NCBI GenBank assembly: GCA_023265395.1
Contig: JAHFTX010000008.1
Location: 9,604-73,603 of the forward strand
Source of the DNA: Thermoplasmata archaeon
GTDB lineage: Archaea > Thermoplasmatota > DTKX01 > JAHFTX01
Reading direction: 5' to 3'
Length of the DNA: 64,000 nucleotides
In this document: positions 29,101-38,697 of the stretch, in pieces
How the letters are laid out: every line of letters starts with the position of its first letter
How positions within the stretch are numbered: position 1 is the first letter of the stretch
Translations under genes and position numbers: made by a program
Notes under the pieces: generated by a model
Told to the model about the DNA's origin: nothing
The model's input: the letters and a program-made list of their open reading frames with translations, nothing else
Databases searched by the model: none

Positions 29101-29607
29101 TCATTCGTGGAGGAAGAGGTCCCCGTTGCCGATGAACCCGGGAAGCGGTTGAGCGACCTGGAGGGTGTAGACGAACTTCCCCTCTGGGGGGACCTGCTCG
29201 ATGGCTGTGATCTCCACCCCGCGCAGATGGGCCACCGATCGCTCCGTCGAGACGATCGGATGGGGGGGGAACGAGGCCAGCTGATCCCCGGGGTGCACCT
29301 TCTCAGCGCGCTGGGTGGTCATCTTCCCGGCCGCCAGCAGGTAGACCCGTTGGGAGGGTCGGACCATGAGTGGGGGGTGGTCGGCGACCGCCAACCGCAG
29401 CATCACATCTGGGGCAGGATCCTTGGTGGTCTCGGTCACGGGATTGGTTATTGGTCGGTGGCGCGGGCTGAGGCCCAAGGCCACCTGAAGCGAGTGCGGC
29501 GGTGTCGTGCCGGGGCCCGCAGGGAGGAACGAATCGACGAGGTCCCCGAGGCCGACCTCGTGCAGCCTTCCATGGCGCAGCAGGGTGATCGACGTGCGTC
29601 GGTCCAC
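29101..29607 (-). CDS. Stand-alone HINT (intein-like) domain protein, catalytically degenerate
   Basis: Intein block A-like VDRRTSITLLRHG, block B-like LMVRPSQRVY...AEKVHPGDQL, block F-like EITAIE.VPPEGKFVYTLQV, block G-like FIGNGDLFLHE-stop. BRE/TATA-like CGCGAAGCGTAATAAG about 25 nt upstream. Confidence 0.75.
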   Translation of the reverse strand: MDRRTSITLLRHGRLHEVGLGDLVDSFLPAGPGTTPPHSLQVALGLSPRHRPITNPVTETTKDPAPDVMLRLAVADHPPLMVRPSQRVYLLAAGKMTTQRAEKVHPGDQLASFPPHPIVSTERSVAHLRGVEITAIEQVPPEGKFVYTLQVAQPLPGFIGNGDLFLHE

Positions 29608-29724
29608 CGGCGACGAAGGGAAGGGCCCCTTATTACGCTTCGCGCAGAGGTCGCAGGGGCTGGTCAGGAGAGGGCTTGGCGGCCATGCGTGGCCTCCCTA
29701 TGCGTCGCGGCTCCGCCAATACCC

Positions 29725-29738
29725 CGAAAGCGTTATAT
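29725..29738 (+). promoter_or_regulatory. BRE/TATA promoter
   Basis: CGAAAGCGTTATAT; same motif as at 33180 and 50811. Confidence 0.6.
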
Positions 29739-29810
29739 CGCGTCCCTCCCGGTCAGCGCATCCTAGCGCTGTGTGCTCGCAAGGCCGCAGCTCTGCTCCC
29801 GAGGGCCTTC

Positions 29811-32800
29811 ATGAATCGACGTACCCGCGTTGGTCGGATGGCCGCCACTACAGGTCGTCGACCTGCACGCAACGCCCGTAGGGGCGGTCGGACCGCCGCC
29901 CGGTTGCTGGTGGCGCTGCTGGTGCTAATGGTGCTGCCGATTCTCGACATGCCCGCAGGCGCCCAGTCGACGAGCACGGGATCGACGACCAAGCTCGCCG
30001 ACGGCACGACCACGGCCTTCCTCAACTTTACCCAAGCCGGCACACTCTCGTTCGATGTGCGGATCAACAAGGCCTGGACGATCAACGAGGCGGTGTTCCA
30101 GATTCGCGGGGGAGAACAGGTGATCGACCCTGGCACAGAGTTCGAGACCCATGCCTGGCCGGCGAACCTGCGGCTCGACGTCGGTGGTGATTCGACGATC
30201 GAGTTCCAATTCCCCGGTGAGTGGGGACGGATGGCGAACTTCGGCCTGGAGGCCAACGAGCCCAGCCCCGACTTGCGATTCATCGCCAAGGAGACTCAAG
30301 AGGTCCCCCTGCACGTCCCCGTGGCGGACGTCGAGACCTCCCGTTTCGTCGCCAACTCGACCTCCGAGGACCAATTCGAGTACAAGGCCGTCATCCCGAC
30401 CTCTCCCGAGAGGGTCGTCTGGCGCAAGAGCTCGATTGGATTCACCTTGGCCCAGACGGTCAACATCCCCGACGATGCCAACGATCTGGCGGTCACCAAC
30501 ATCGACCTCAACAATGCCCCCGATGTGATAGTCGCCAGCGACAAGAGCGGCGTCGTCACTCTTGCCAACAGGCCTCCCAACGGGCTGCAGCCGGGCGTGA
30601 CCTGGACCGGGGTCGGTCAAGGCGAACGCCTGCTGGCGATGGGCGTTGGCGATTATGACGGGACAACGTCCCAGGATGTCGTCGTCGGGACGGACAAGGG
30701 CAAGGTCTACGTCTTCAACAACCAAGGGCAAGGAATCCTGGGGGTCCCGGAGGCCATCACCCTGGGCGACCAGGCGGTGGATGCCGTCCTGGTGACCGAC
30801 CTCGACGGGGATGGCGATGGCGACATCATCGCTGGATACGAGGGGCTCTCGATCTTCCTCATAAAGTACGACCTCAACCAGAACACCTGGGAGGAGCCGT
30901 TGCGGATCCCCAGCGGCTTGGGAGGCTTCACCGACCTGGTCGCTGCCGACCTCGACCAGGATGGCCTGACCGATGTCGTTGGCGCCAACCAGGACGGCGC
31001 CATCTACGTCTTCCTCAACAGCGGCGGGAACACCCTCGTCCCGCAGCCGAAGGTCAGTGCTGCGACCAAGTCGATGCGAAAGGTCGTCGCCGCTGACTTG
31101 ACCGGCGATGGGATTGCCGATGTGGGCGGGGTGAGCGAGGACGGGCGGTTCTACCTATTCTCGGGTCTGGGCGGCGGCGTGCTCGATTCAGGTGATGCGT
31201 ACCTGGTGAGCCAAGCTCCCCTGCGCGACCTTGCGCTTGCCGACCTCAACAAGGATGGCAAGGAAGACCTGCTGCTCCTCTCACAGGATCGTTTCCTCTA
31301 TGTCCTGGTAAACCGGGGCTTCGGTATCTTCGGCGGCCTCGAGGCAGGGGTCTCGACGGCCTCGCGCTTGCTCGAGGCGGGAGCCTCAGCGCTGAGCATC
31401 ACCACCGGGGACGTCGACCACGACAGCGATGTGGACCTCCTCTTGGGCACGACCAAAGACGTTCAGGTGTGGACCAACAACCTGGGGCCCTTCGAGGTCA
31501 CCAGCGCGGACTTCGCCCCTGCGCTCGACACCTATCTGGAGCAACTCGGCGCCGAGGAGCAGATCAAGGACCCCTGGGGGACCCCGTTCGTCAATGTCCC
31601 GCTGCAGTTGACATCGGAGTTCGACAGCGATATCTCGCTGCTCGGCCTCAACATCACCTACAACTACACCGCGCCGGTAGACTTGCGGGCCGCTTTGGGT
31701 GTCTACAAGGACAGCCACAAGAGTGACGCCGATACTGCGGGGGACATCATCGTCCCCGTCACCCTCACCTCCGATGGCCCAGGGCAGGTGTTCCTCGAGG
31801 GGCTGCACATCGCCTATTCCGAGAATTTCGCCGTCACCGTCATCTCGCCCTCGACCCGCCAGAACCACCTCACCAATCAATCGTTGGTCTTCGAGGGCCG
31901 CTCGACCATCGACCGCGAGCCCGACTTCGCCAACCCCGACGTCAACTACACCTGGCGGGTCGAAGGTCGCGCCTTCGGATGGGGGCGCCGCGTGGTGGTC
32001 GCCGACATCGAGGAGGAGCTAGGTGCCCTCGAGGCCGACGTCCAGACCTTCACGGTCCGCCTCACCGCCAAGGTGCTGGCGGGGTCCTACAAGGGGGCGA
32101 CGGATAGTTCGGAGTTCGCCGTCACCGTCGAACGGCCATCGTTGCCCGTGGTTCGTGTCAAGCTCTCTGTCTCGGAGACCTCGGTGGTCGAGGGAACGAA
32201 GGTCCGGATCATCATGCAGATCGAGAATACCGGCAAGATCAATGCCACGGGGCTGACCATCCAACTCCGAGACGACACGGTCGGCCGCTCTATCCAGGCC
32301 TACGTCATCCCCCGTCTGATCCACGGCGAGATTCCGCAGCAGTACACCCTCGATCAGACGCTGGGGGTGGGCAAACATACCATCGTGGCGGTGATCAAGT
32401 CCGTCAGCCCCGTGGAGACCGAGGTGATCTCCAACGACGCTCGGCAGGTCACCGTCACCGCCAAGCCCATCGACTGGGACTTCATCTTGACCCTGGCAGT
32501 GTTCTTCGCGCTGATCGCCTATGTCGCCTTGCTGGGCCTGCGGATCAAGAAACGCCGGGATGACCTGGCGATGCGTCAGGACCGCAAGGAGGAGATGAAG
32601 GCCATGCACCTGAAGATCCAGGCCGAGATGGCTCAGTTCATCGCCACGACCGGGGGCATCGGGACCGCAGCTCAACAGGCCCAGCTCTCGGAGGTCCGCA
32701 AGGCCCGCGAGCAGGCAGAGTTCGAACGCCAGAACCTGATCAACGACATCCGCGCACAAGTGCGCCTCGCTGAAGAGACCTTGCGACAGGTGCGAGAGAT

Positions 32801-33143
32801 GGGCATCGACGTCGATGACGCCGACGACCTGCTGGCCTCCGCCAAGGAGGCCTTGGCCAGAGAGAACTTCGACCAGGCGCTCGCCGATGCGGAGACGGCC
32901 GAGGACATCGCCACCGAGCAGAAGGAGCGTTACGAGGCAGCCTTCACGGTCATGGCCCAGCAGGCCGAGACCGAGGACGCCACCGAGCGCCGTCGCAAGC
33001 GCCTCGATCGCCGCCGCGATCTGCGCAAGAGGCAGGAATCGTACCAGAAAGCCGTCGACGGTGCCGAAGGGAGCGGGCAACCGCCCGGAGATACGCCCGA
33101 AGGGGCGGATGGCGCGAGCGCAGGACCCTCCCCCAAGCCGTAG
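29811..33143 (+). CDS. FG-GAP/VCBS-repeat surface protein with CARDB-like domain, TM helix and cytoplasmic coiled coil/helical bundle
   Basis: Basic N-region and signal helix. About 7 DxDxDGxxD repeats (DLDGDGDGDII, DLDQDGLTDVV, DLNKDGKEDLL). TM FILTLAVFFALIAYVALLGL, then a charged helical tail. Start uncertain (29811 or 29838). Confidence 0.85.
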   Translation: MNRRTRVGRMAATTGRRPARNARRGGRTAARLLVALLVLMVLPILDMPAGAQSTSTGSTTKLADGTTTAFLNFTQAGTLSFDVRINKAWTINEAVFQIRGGEQVIDPGTEFETHAWPANLRLDVGGDSTIEFQFPGEWGRMANFGLEANEPSPDLRFIAKETQEVPLHVPVADVETSRFVANSTSEDQFEYKAVIPTSPERVVWRKSSIGFTLAQTVNIPDDANDLAVTNIDLNNAPDVIVASDKSGVVTLANRPPNGLQPGVTWTGVGQGERLLAMGVGDYDGTTSQDVVVGTDKGKVYVFNNQGQGILGVPEAITLGDQAVDAVLVTDLDGDGDGDIIAGYEGLSIFLIKYDLNQNTWEEPLRIPSGLGGFTDLVAADLDQDGLTDVVGANQDGAIYVFLNSGGNTLVPQPKVSAATKSMRKVVAADLTGDGIADVGGVSEDGRFYLFSGLGGGVLDSGDAYLVSQAPLRDLALADLNKDGKEDLLLLSQDRFLYVLVNRGFGIFGGLEAGVSTASRLLEAGASALSITTGDVDHDSDVDLLLGTTKDVQVWTNNLGPFEVTSADFAPALDTYLEQLGAEEQIKDPWGTPFVNVPLQLTSEFDSDISLLGLNITYNYTAPVDLRAALGVYKDSHKSDADTAGDIIVPVTLTSDGPGQVFLEGLHIAYSENFAVTVISPSTRQNHLTNQSLVFEGRSTIDREPDFANPDVNYTWRVEGRAFGWGRRVVVADIEEELGALEADVQTFTVRLTAKVLAGSYKGATDSSEFAVTVERPSLPVVRVKLSVSETSVVEGTKVRIIMQIENTGKINATGLTIQLRDDTVGRSIQAYVIPRLIHGEIPQQYTLDQTLGVGKHTIVAVIKSVSPVETEVISNDARQVTVTAKPIDWDFILTLAVFFALIAYVALLGLRIKKRRDDLAMRQDRKEEMKAMHLKIQAEMAQFIATTGGIGTAAQQAQLSEVRKAREQAEFERQNLINDIRAQVRLAEETLRQVREMGIDVDDADDLLASAKEALARENFDQALADAETAEDIATEQKERYEAAFTVMAQQAETEDATERRRKRLDRRRDLRKRQESYQKAVDGAEGSGQPPGDTPEGADGASAGPSPKP

Positions 33144-33179
33144 GGAGCGCCCGGCGACGCGCTAGTCAGCCACGGCCCA

Positions 33180-33190
33180 GAAAGGTTATA
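33180..33190 (+). promoter_or_regulatory. BRE/TATA promoter
   Basis: GAAAGGTTATA about 40 nt upstream of ATG 33229, with SD GGAGG between. Confidence 0.65.
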
Positions 33191-33228
33191 GGGCGCCCAG
33201 CGGCATCGAAAGGAGGCTGGGTGCTCTG

Positions 33229-36200
33229 ATGCTACCTGGTCGATGGACGAGCCTGCTGCCCCTGCTGGTCGTGGCACTGCTGGTCCTCCCCCTCCTGTCG
33301 GCGGCCGTCGCAACCGAGGCATCGGATCCTTCGTCGACCCATGGTCGGCAGCAGACCATTCCCAGCTGTCTCTCGACGCCAGTGGTAGATGGCTTCTACA
33401 ATAGCAGCGCGGAGTGGGTCGGCTCTCTCAACCTCGACATCGGCGTCAGCGGCAGGGCCGCCGAGCTGTACGTTTGTGCCGATGGGATGTCGCTCTACTT
33501 CCTGGCAGACCTCATCCAGGAGACGACCCCTGACCCGACCTCGGGCCCGCTGGCCGCCGACGGCGCGACCGAGTACTTCACGATCATCATCGACGGCGAC
33601 AACGATGGCGAGGTCACCTACGCGCAGAACCAACAGGGGTTCAAGCCCCCCGACCAAGGAGGTCAGAACGTCGACCATGGCGTCCTCGTGGGCAAGAACC
33701 TCACCACCCGCTGGGTCGGGCAGCTCTACACCGGTCAGGGCCTGACCTTTGCCACGCAGTGGAGCTACGCCGACATCTTCGCGTACAACTACAACGGCAG
33801 CGCCAACTTCGGCACCTCGCACCTGATCGCCGAGGTCTCGATCCCCTACGATGGCCCCGGTGATGTCCTGGGTGGTTCGATCTGGAAGGGTTTCGTCAAG
33901 GGCCTCTACATCGTCGGATTCGACAGCGCCCTGCCGGCAGGGGACCAGATGTATGCCTCCTGGCCCCAGCCCCCCCCGGCGGGTCTGGCCGGTGGCTTCG
34001 ACCCGATGACGTTGCCCCAGGAGCTCCCCCACATCCGGATCACCGACCCGGCGGTTGCTGATGGCCCCTTCGAGGTCGGGACGGCGGTGGTCGTCACGAC
34101 CGAGGCGACCGATGACTCGGTTGGCACCCTCACCTATCAGTGGGACCTCGATGGCACGCCCATCGCTGGTGCGACGGCGGCCACCTACCCGTTCGATCCG
34201 ACCGCCGCCGGATTCTACGATCTGCAGGTGACGGTCACCGACACCCAGAGCAATGCTGAGTCGGCCGACATGGTGATGGAATGGATCCCCCAAGAGACGG
34301 GACCGTCGACGGTCAGCACCGAGCCACCCGCTGGCGCTGTGGAGGGCGTCGAGGGCGCGGACCTTCCGCTGTCGTTGACCTACCAGGATCTCAATCTGGG
34401 CCAATCGGATGAGGCGGTGGCGGTCTCCTGGACCCTCAACGGTGCTGCCGTCACTCCCTCGAAGGTCTCGGGTTTCCAGGTCGATCCGACGACCCGGCGG
34501 ACCACCTACACATTCTCGACCGACTACGAGATGGCGGGCACCTACGCGGTCTCAGTCTTGGTCACCGACAGCTACCTCGATGCCGGGCTCACGACCTCGG
34601 CGACCTGGTCGGTGACGGTCGCCAACACCAACCGACCGCCCAAGATCGAGACGGCGACCCCAGCGGGCAACGCGATCGCCCTCAAGGAACTCGAGTCGGT
34701 GCAGTTCGAGATCTCGGCGACAGACCCCGACTCGGACACCCTCGAATACGCGTGGACCTTCGATGATCTCCCGCAGCCCCTCTCAGCGGGGGCGCTCAGC
34801 TTCACCTATCTGAGCGACCTCTCCTCTGCCGGTCCCCACACGGTGCGAGCGGAGGTCTCCGATGGCACCGATGAGGTCAACCGCACTTGGAGCGTGACGG
34901 TCGACAACCTCAACCAGGCCCCGCGGATCGTCTCCCTCTCCCCCGAGGGGGCCGTGGTACTCGACGAAGGCTCCAGTCAGACCTTCTCCGTCGTCGCCGC
35001 GGATGCCGACGAGGACTCGTTGACCTACCTCTGGCGGCTCAACGAGCTCGACATCGAGAGTGCCACCACTCCAACCTTCGTGTTCACAACGGCCTTCACT
35101 GGTCCGATGAGCGCAGGGGGCTACACCCTCGAGGTCATCGTCAAGGATGGCCACGTCAGCACCCCGACGAGCTGGGAGATCGAGGTCCGCAACGTCGATC
35201 GACCGCCGGTGGTCGTCTGGGCCTCGCCCCAAGAGGGCAGCACCTTCCCGCTCGGAAGCCGCGTCAACTTCATCGCCGGCGAGAGCAAGGATCCCGACGG
35301 GCACGCGCTGACGTACGCATGGGACTTTGGGGACGGGTCCAAGGCCGTCGAGGCGGTGCTCACCCATGAGTACCGCCAGCCGGACACCTATCAAGTGACC
35401 CTGACCGTCTCCGATGGTGGGACGCCCATCGTGCTCAGCCGCACCATCACGATCGAGGCAGCGGTGGTCTCGGTGACCTTCATCAAGGCCGAGCCAACGA
35501 CTGCCAAGGAGGGTAGCTCGATTCACCTCGAGGTGACCGTGCGCAACAGCGGAAACCTGGCGGTCGACGGCGTGGCGGTGACGCTGGTGATCGGGAGCTC
35601 TGTGTCTGCCCAGCTCTTTGCGAACCTCACCCCCCAGGCCGACCAGGTGCTGACCTTCGAATGGAAGGCGCGACCAGGTACCCACAAGGTCTCCGCCTCG
35701 ATCGCCCCAAAGGACGGGCTCCAGATCGATACCAGTGGCACCCCACCGAGTGTCACGCTCACGATCGAGGCCCTCCACCGGACCGACGATTCGGGACAAC
35801 CTTCGTTGTTGACATCGCCAGTGGTCTTGGGGGGGATCGTCGGGTTGCTGGTCGTGCTCATCGTGGTCGCGCTTATCGCCGCCAGGCGCGTCAAGGCGAA
35901 GCGCTACTCCGAGGGATTGATGGCCTCAGTACCAGCCCCTGCCGCGCCGATGACCTACCAGACCGACTACCAGGCGAGGGCGCTCTCCCAGGAGACCTTC
36001 GCCCGAGCTCTCCAGACGACCCAGACGCCAGCGGAGCGCTCCACGGCCTCGAGCAAGGCGCGCGTCTGCCCCCATTGCAAGGCCGAGGTGTTCGAGGAGA
36101 GTGCCGACTGCCCCTTCTGCTACAAGCCGATGGTGGTGGCGCCCCCGCCGCCAAAGCCCGTCATCGCTCCGCCTGCAGCCGTCCCCTCCGTACCTGTCAC

Positions 36201-36798
36201 ACCCAAGGGGCCGACCTGCCCCGCGTGCCACGAGCCGGTCGAGGCAGGCTGGAAGCTCTGCCCCTTCTGTGACCACGCACTCGGCGAGCCGTCTGCGCCA
36301 AGCAGCGCCGGTGCAGCAGGGACGAAGTCTGCCAGCACTCGGCCCACCTCAGCCAAGACCCACTGTCCCGCCTGCAACGAGGAGGTCGAACGGGATTGGA
36401 AGATCTGCCCCTTCTGTGACAACGAGCTCAAGGGCAGCTCACCGACTCCCCCTAGGTCGACCAGGCCCAGCGGCACCGCCGTCAGTGGGCCATCCCCTAC
36501 CAAAGGATCCGCAAGCGCGGCTCCGTCACGACCTTCGCCGACCAATGCTGCCAGCCCGTCGCCCAGGGGGGCTGCTCCCATCCCAGCGGTGGCCCCCCCC
36601 GCGGCGAGCCTCGCAGGCGCATTCACCAGCCGGCTGGCGACATTGCAGGCCGCTCTCGAGCGCGCGGAGGCGGGGGGGAAGCCCCGCAAGGACGTGCGCA
36701 ACTTCCTGACCCTGGCGCAGCGCAATCACGGCTCCGGGAAGCTCGACAAGGCGACCGAATACCTCGATAAGGCGCAGAAGGCCCTCGAGCCCTCCTGA
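33229..36798 (+). CDS. PKD/Ig/CARDB surface protein with TM helix and three cytoplasmic zinc ribbons
   Basis: Signal peptide, repeated N..P.I...D.D.D.L.Y.W Ig modules, PKD YAWDFGDG, TM helix, CPHC..CPFC and two CPAC...WK.CPFC units. Confidence 0.87.
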   Translation: MLPGRWTSLLPLLVVALLVLPLLSAAVATEASDPSSTHGRQQTIPSCLSTPVVDGFYNSSAEWVGSLNLDIGVSGRAAELYVCADGMSLYFLADLIQETTPDPTSGPLAADGATEYFTIIIDGDNDGEVTYAQNQQGFKPPDQGGQNVDHGVLVGKNLTTRWVGQLYTGQGLTFATQWSYADIFAYNYNGSANFGTSHLIAEVSIPYDGPGDVLGGSIWKGFVKGLYIVGFDSALPAGDQMYASWPQPPPAGLAGGFDPMTLPQELPHIRITDPAVADGPFEVGTAVVVTTEATDDSVGTLTYQWDLDGTPIAGATAATYPFDPTAAGFYDLQVTVTDTQSNAESADMVMEWIPQETGPSTVSTEPPAGAVEGVEGADLPLSLTYQDLNLGQSDEAVAVSWTLNGAAVTPSKVSGFQVDPTTRRTTYTFSTDYEMAGTYAVSVLVTDSYLDAGLTTSATWSVTVANTNRPPKIETATPAGNAIALKELESVQFEISATDPDSDTLEYAWTFDDLPQPLSAGALSFTYLSDLSSAGPHTVRAEVSDGTDEVNRTWSVTVDNLNQAPRIVSLSPEGAVVLDEGSSQTFSVVAADADEDSLTYLWRLNELDIESATTPTFVFTTAFTGPMSAGGYTLEVIVKDGHVSTPTSWEIEVRNVDRPPVVVWASPQEGSTFPLGSRVNFIAGESKDPDGHALTYAWDFGDGSKAVEAVLTHEYRQPDTYQVTLTVSDGGTPIVLSRTITIEAAVVSVTFIKAEPTTAKEGSSIHLEVTVRNSGNLAVDGVAVTLVIGSSVSAQLFANLTPQADQVLTFEWKARPGTHKVSASIAPKDGLQIDTSGTPPSVTLTIEALHRTDDSGQPSLLTSPVVLGGIVGLLVVLIVVALIAARRVKAKRYSEGLMASVPAPAAPMTYQTDYQARALSQETFARALQTTQTPAERSTASSKARVCPHCKAEVFEESADCPFCYKPMVVAPPPPKPVIAPPAAVPSVPVTPKGPTCPACHEPVEAGWKLCPFCDHALGEPSAPSSAGAAGTKSASTRPTSAKTHCPACNEEVERDWKICPFCDNELKGSSPTPPRSTRPSGTAVSGPSPTKGSASAAPSRPSPTNAASPSPRGAAPIPAVAPPAASLAGAFTSRLATLQAALERAEAGGKPRKDVRNFLTLAQRNHGSGKLDKATEYLDKAQKALEPS

Positions 36799-36802
36799 GC
36801 GT

Positions 36803-37246
36803 TCAATCGACGACGTCGAGGCGCAGTTCCTCGCCGGCGGAGGACCACGCCCTCCATGACCGGCGGGTGTAAGGATGGGCGATGATCAGGTGCACATCTC
36901 CTAGGCGGGAGAAGAACCCCAAGTCGGCCTCCGATGGGAAGGGATAGGGGCTTGGGTGCGAGTGGACCGACCCGATGATCAGTCTGCCCGAGCTGACGTT
37001 GGCGAACTGGACGATGGCATGGCGGTCCCCGCTGACGGTCCCAGGGATGAGGAGCAGGTCGTCGATCACCCCTTGCGTCTTTGAGGAGAGGATCCCGGAG
37101 AACTCCCGGGGGTGAGTCTGCGCGCTGCTCTGGAGGAGCATCTCTAGGAGACGGCCAGAGATCCTCCGATAGCGCGCGCTCCGTCGTCTTCCCTTTGAGG
37201 TCGACGATGGTGAGTCGCCGACCTTGATTCCGCGGATGCGCACCAT
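36803..37246 (-). CDS. JAMM/MPN+ metalloprotease (Mov34/MPN/PAD-1 family)
   Basis: E(REF)...HSHP......S.AD, matching the JAMM E-xn-HxH-x7-S-x2-D motif. Confidence 0.88.
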   Translation of the reverse strand: MVRIRGIKVGDSPSSTSKGRRRSARYRRISGRLLEMLLQSSAQTHPREFSGILSSKTQGVIDDLLLIPGTVSGDRHAIVQFANVSSGRLIIGSVHSHPSPYPFPSEADLGFFSRLGDVHLIIAHPYTRRSWRAWSSAGEELRLDVVD

Positions 37247-37388
37247 CGCCCGGCACCGTCGAGCTCTCTGCCGTGGTGTCGCTGCTTGAAGTCTGCGCTT
37301 TGCCCGCCTCGCTCCTCGGTGGCGCGATCGCGGTGCGACGGTGGGACTTTATAAGCCCGTCATCCTTGCCCACCTCGGAGCCCTCGAG

Positions 37389-37775
37389 ATGTCCGTCACC
37401 CAAGCTGAAGTACGGGAGCTCAAACCCAACAGATACATGGTCATCGACGGCGAGCCTTGCAAGATTATCTCCATCAGTGTCAGCAAGCCGGGCAAGCATG
37501 GTGAGGCCAAAGCCCGCATCGATGCCGTGGGCCTCTTCGACGATTCGAAGCGATCCGTCGTCCATCCGGTCAAGCACAAGATCAGCGTGCCGCTGATCGA
37601 CAAGCGCTCCGCGCAGGTCTTGGCGCTGGTGGGCAGCGATGTGCAGCTGATGGACATGTCGAGCTACGAGACCTTCGAGCTGCCCATCCCAGAGGAGTTC
37701 CGTGCCGAGATCTCCCCCGGCAAGGAGGTCTCATACTTTGAGGCCATGGGCCGGCGCAAGATCACTCGCGTCTGA
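37389..37775 (+). CDS. eif5a: Translation factor aIF5A
   Basis: Hypusination loop SKPGKHGEAK, VQLMD...YETFE. TTTATAA box at about 37348. Confidence 0.97.
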   Translation: MSVTQAEVRELKPNRYMVIDGEPCKIISISVSKPGKHGEAKARIDAVGLFDDSKRSVVHPVKHKISVPLIDKRSAQVLALVGSDVQLMDMSSYETFELPIPEEFRAEISPGKEVSYFEAMGRRKITRV

Positions 37776-37816
37776 ACCACCGTCCCTGGTGAGGGGACCG
37801 CGGCGGAGGTAGCATC

Positions 37817-38689
37817 GTGCAGGGTCGGAACAATCTTCAGTTTGCCGACGCGAACAGCACATACGCCGATTCGACCTTCGTGCTCTTTGGCGTGCCCTTC
37901 GACAACACCTGTTCCTTCCGGACCGGCGCCCGCTTCGGCCCCGCAGCGGTGCGGACCGCCTCGTACAACTTCGAGACGTGGCTCTTTGCCCATGGCATCG
38001 ACCTCGCGGAAGAGGCGATTTTCGATTGGGGAGACGTCCATGACTTCGCGATCGTCGACCAGATGGTCGCAGAGGTCGAGCAGGTGGCCACCCCGTTTGC
38101 CAAGGATGGCAAAGTCCCGATGGTCATCGGTGGTGAGCATTCCATCAGCGCACCGTGGATCGGTGCGTACGCCACGCGCAACAAGCTCGCCTGTATCCAG
38201 GTCGATGCCCACCTGGACTTCCGCGATTCTTACCAGGGTCTGGCCAACTCCCATGCCTGCGCTGCGGCGCGGATCGTGGACCGCATCGGAGTCGAGAACC
38301 ACGTGGTCATCGGCGCGCGGTCGATCTGCCGCGAGGAGCACGAGCGCGCCACCGAGCTGGGGTTGCGGTGGTACAGCGCCTTCGACGTCCGCGATCGCAC
38401 GCTCAAGGCCGTGGTGCAAGAAGCCCTCGATTACCTCAAACCCGAGCGCGTGATCGTCACGCTCGACATCGATGGGATCGACCCGGCCTATGCACCGGGC
38501 ACCGGCACTCCCGAGCCCTTCGGGCTGACCCCCATGGAGGTGCGCCAACTCCTCATCGAGGTCGGTCCGCGCCTGGTAGGGTTCGACGTCAATGAGATCG
38601 CGCCAGTCTACGACCAGGGGATCACTGCCGCTCTTGCGGCGCGCATGGTCCGCGAAGCGATGGGGATCGTCGCTCGCCATCGTGCCTGA
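37817..38689 (+). CDS. speB: Agmatinase
   Basis: GVPFD.T.SFR.GARFGP, GGEHS, DAHLD, SHAC, DID.IDPA.APGTGTPEPFG. Adjacent to aIF5A, as is common in archaea. Confidence 0.93.
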   Translation: MQGRNNLQFADANSTYADSTFVLFGVPFDNTCSFRTGARFGPAAVRTASYNFETWLFAHGIDLAEEAIFDWGDVHDFAIVDQMVAEVEQVATPFAKDGKVPMVIGGEHSISAPWIGAYATRNKLACIQVDAHLDFRDSYQGLANSHACAAARIVDRIGVENHVVIGARSICREEHERATELGLRWYSAFDVRDRTLKAVVQEALDYLKPERVIVTLDIDGIDPAYAPGTGTPEPFGLTPMEVRQLLIEVGPRLVGFDVNEIAPVYDQGITAALAARMVREAMGIVARHRA

Positions 38690-38697
38690 ACGGCCAT

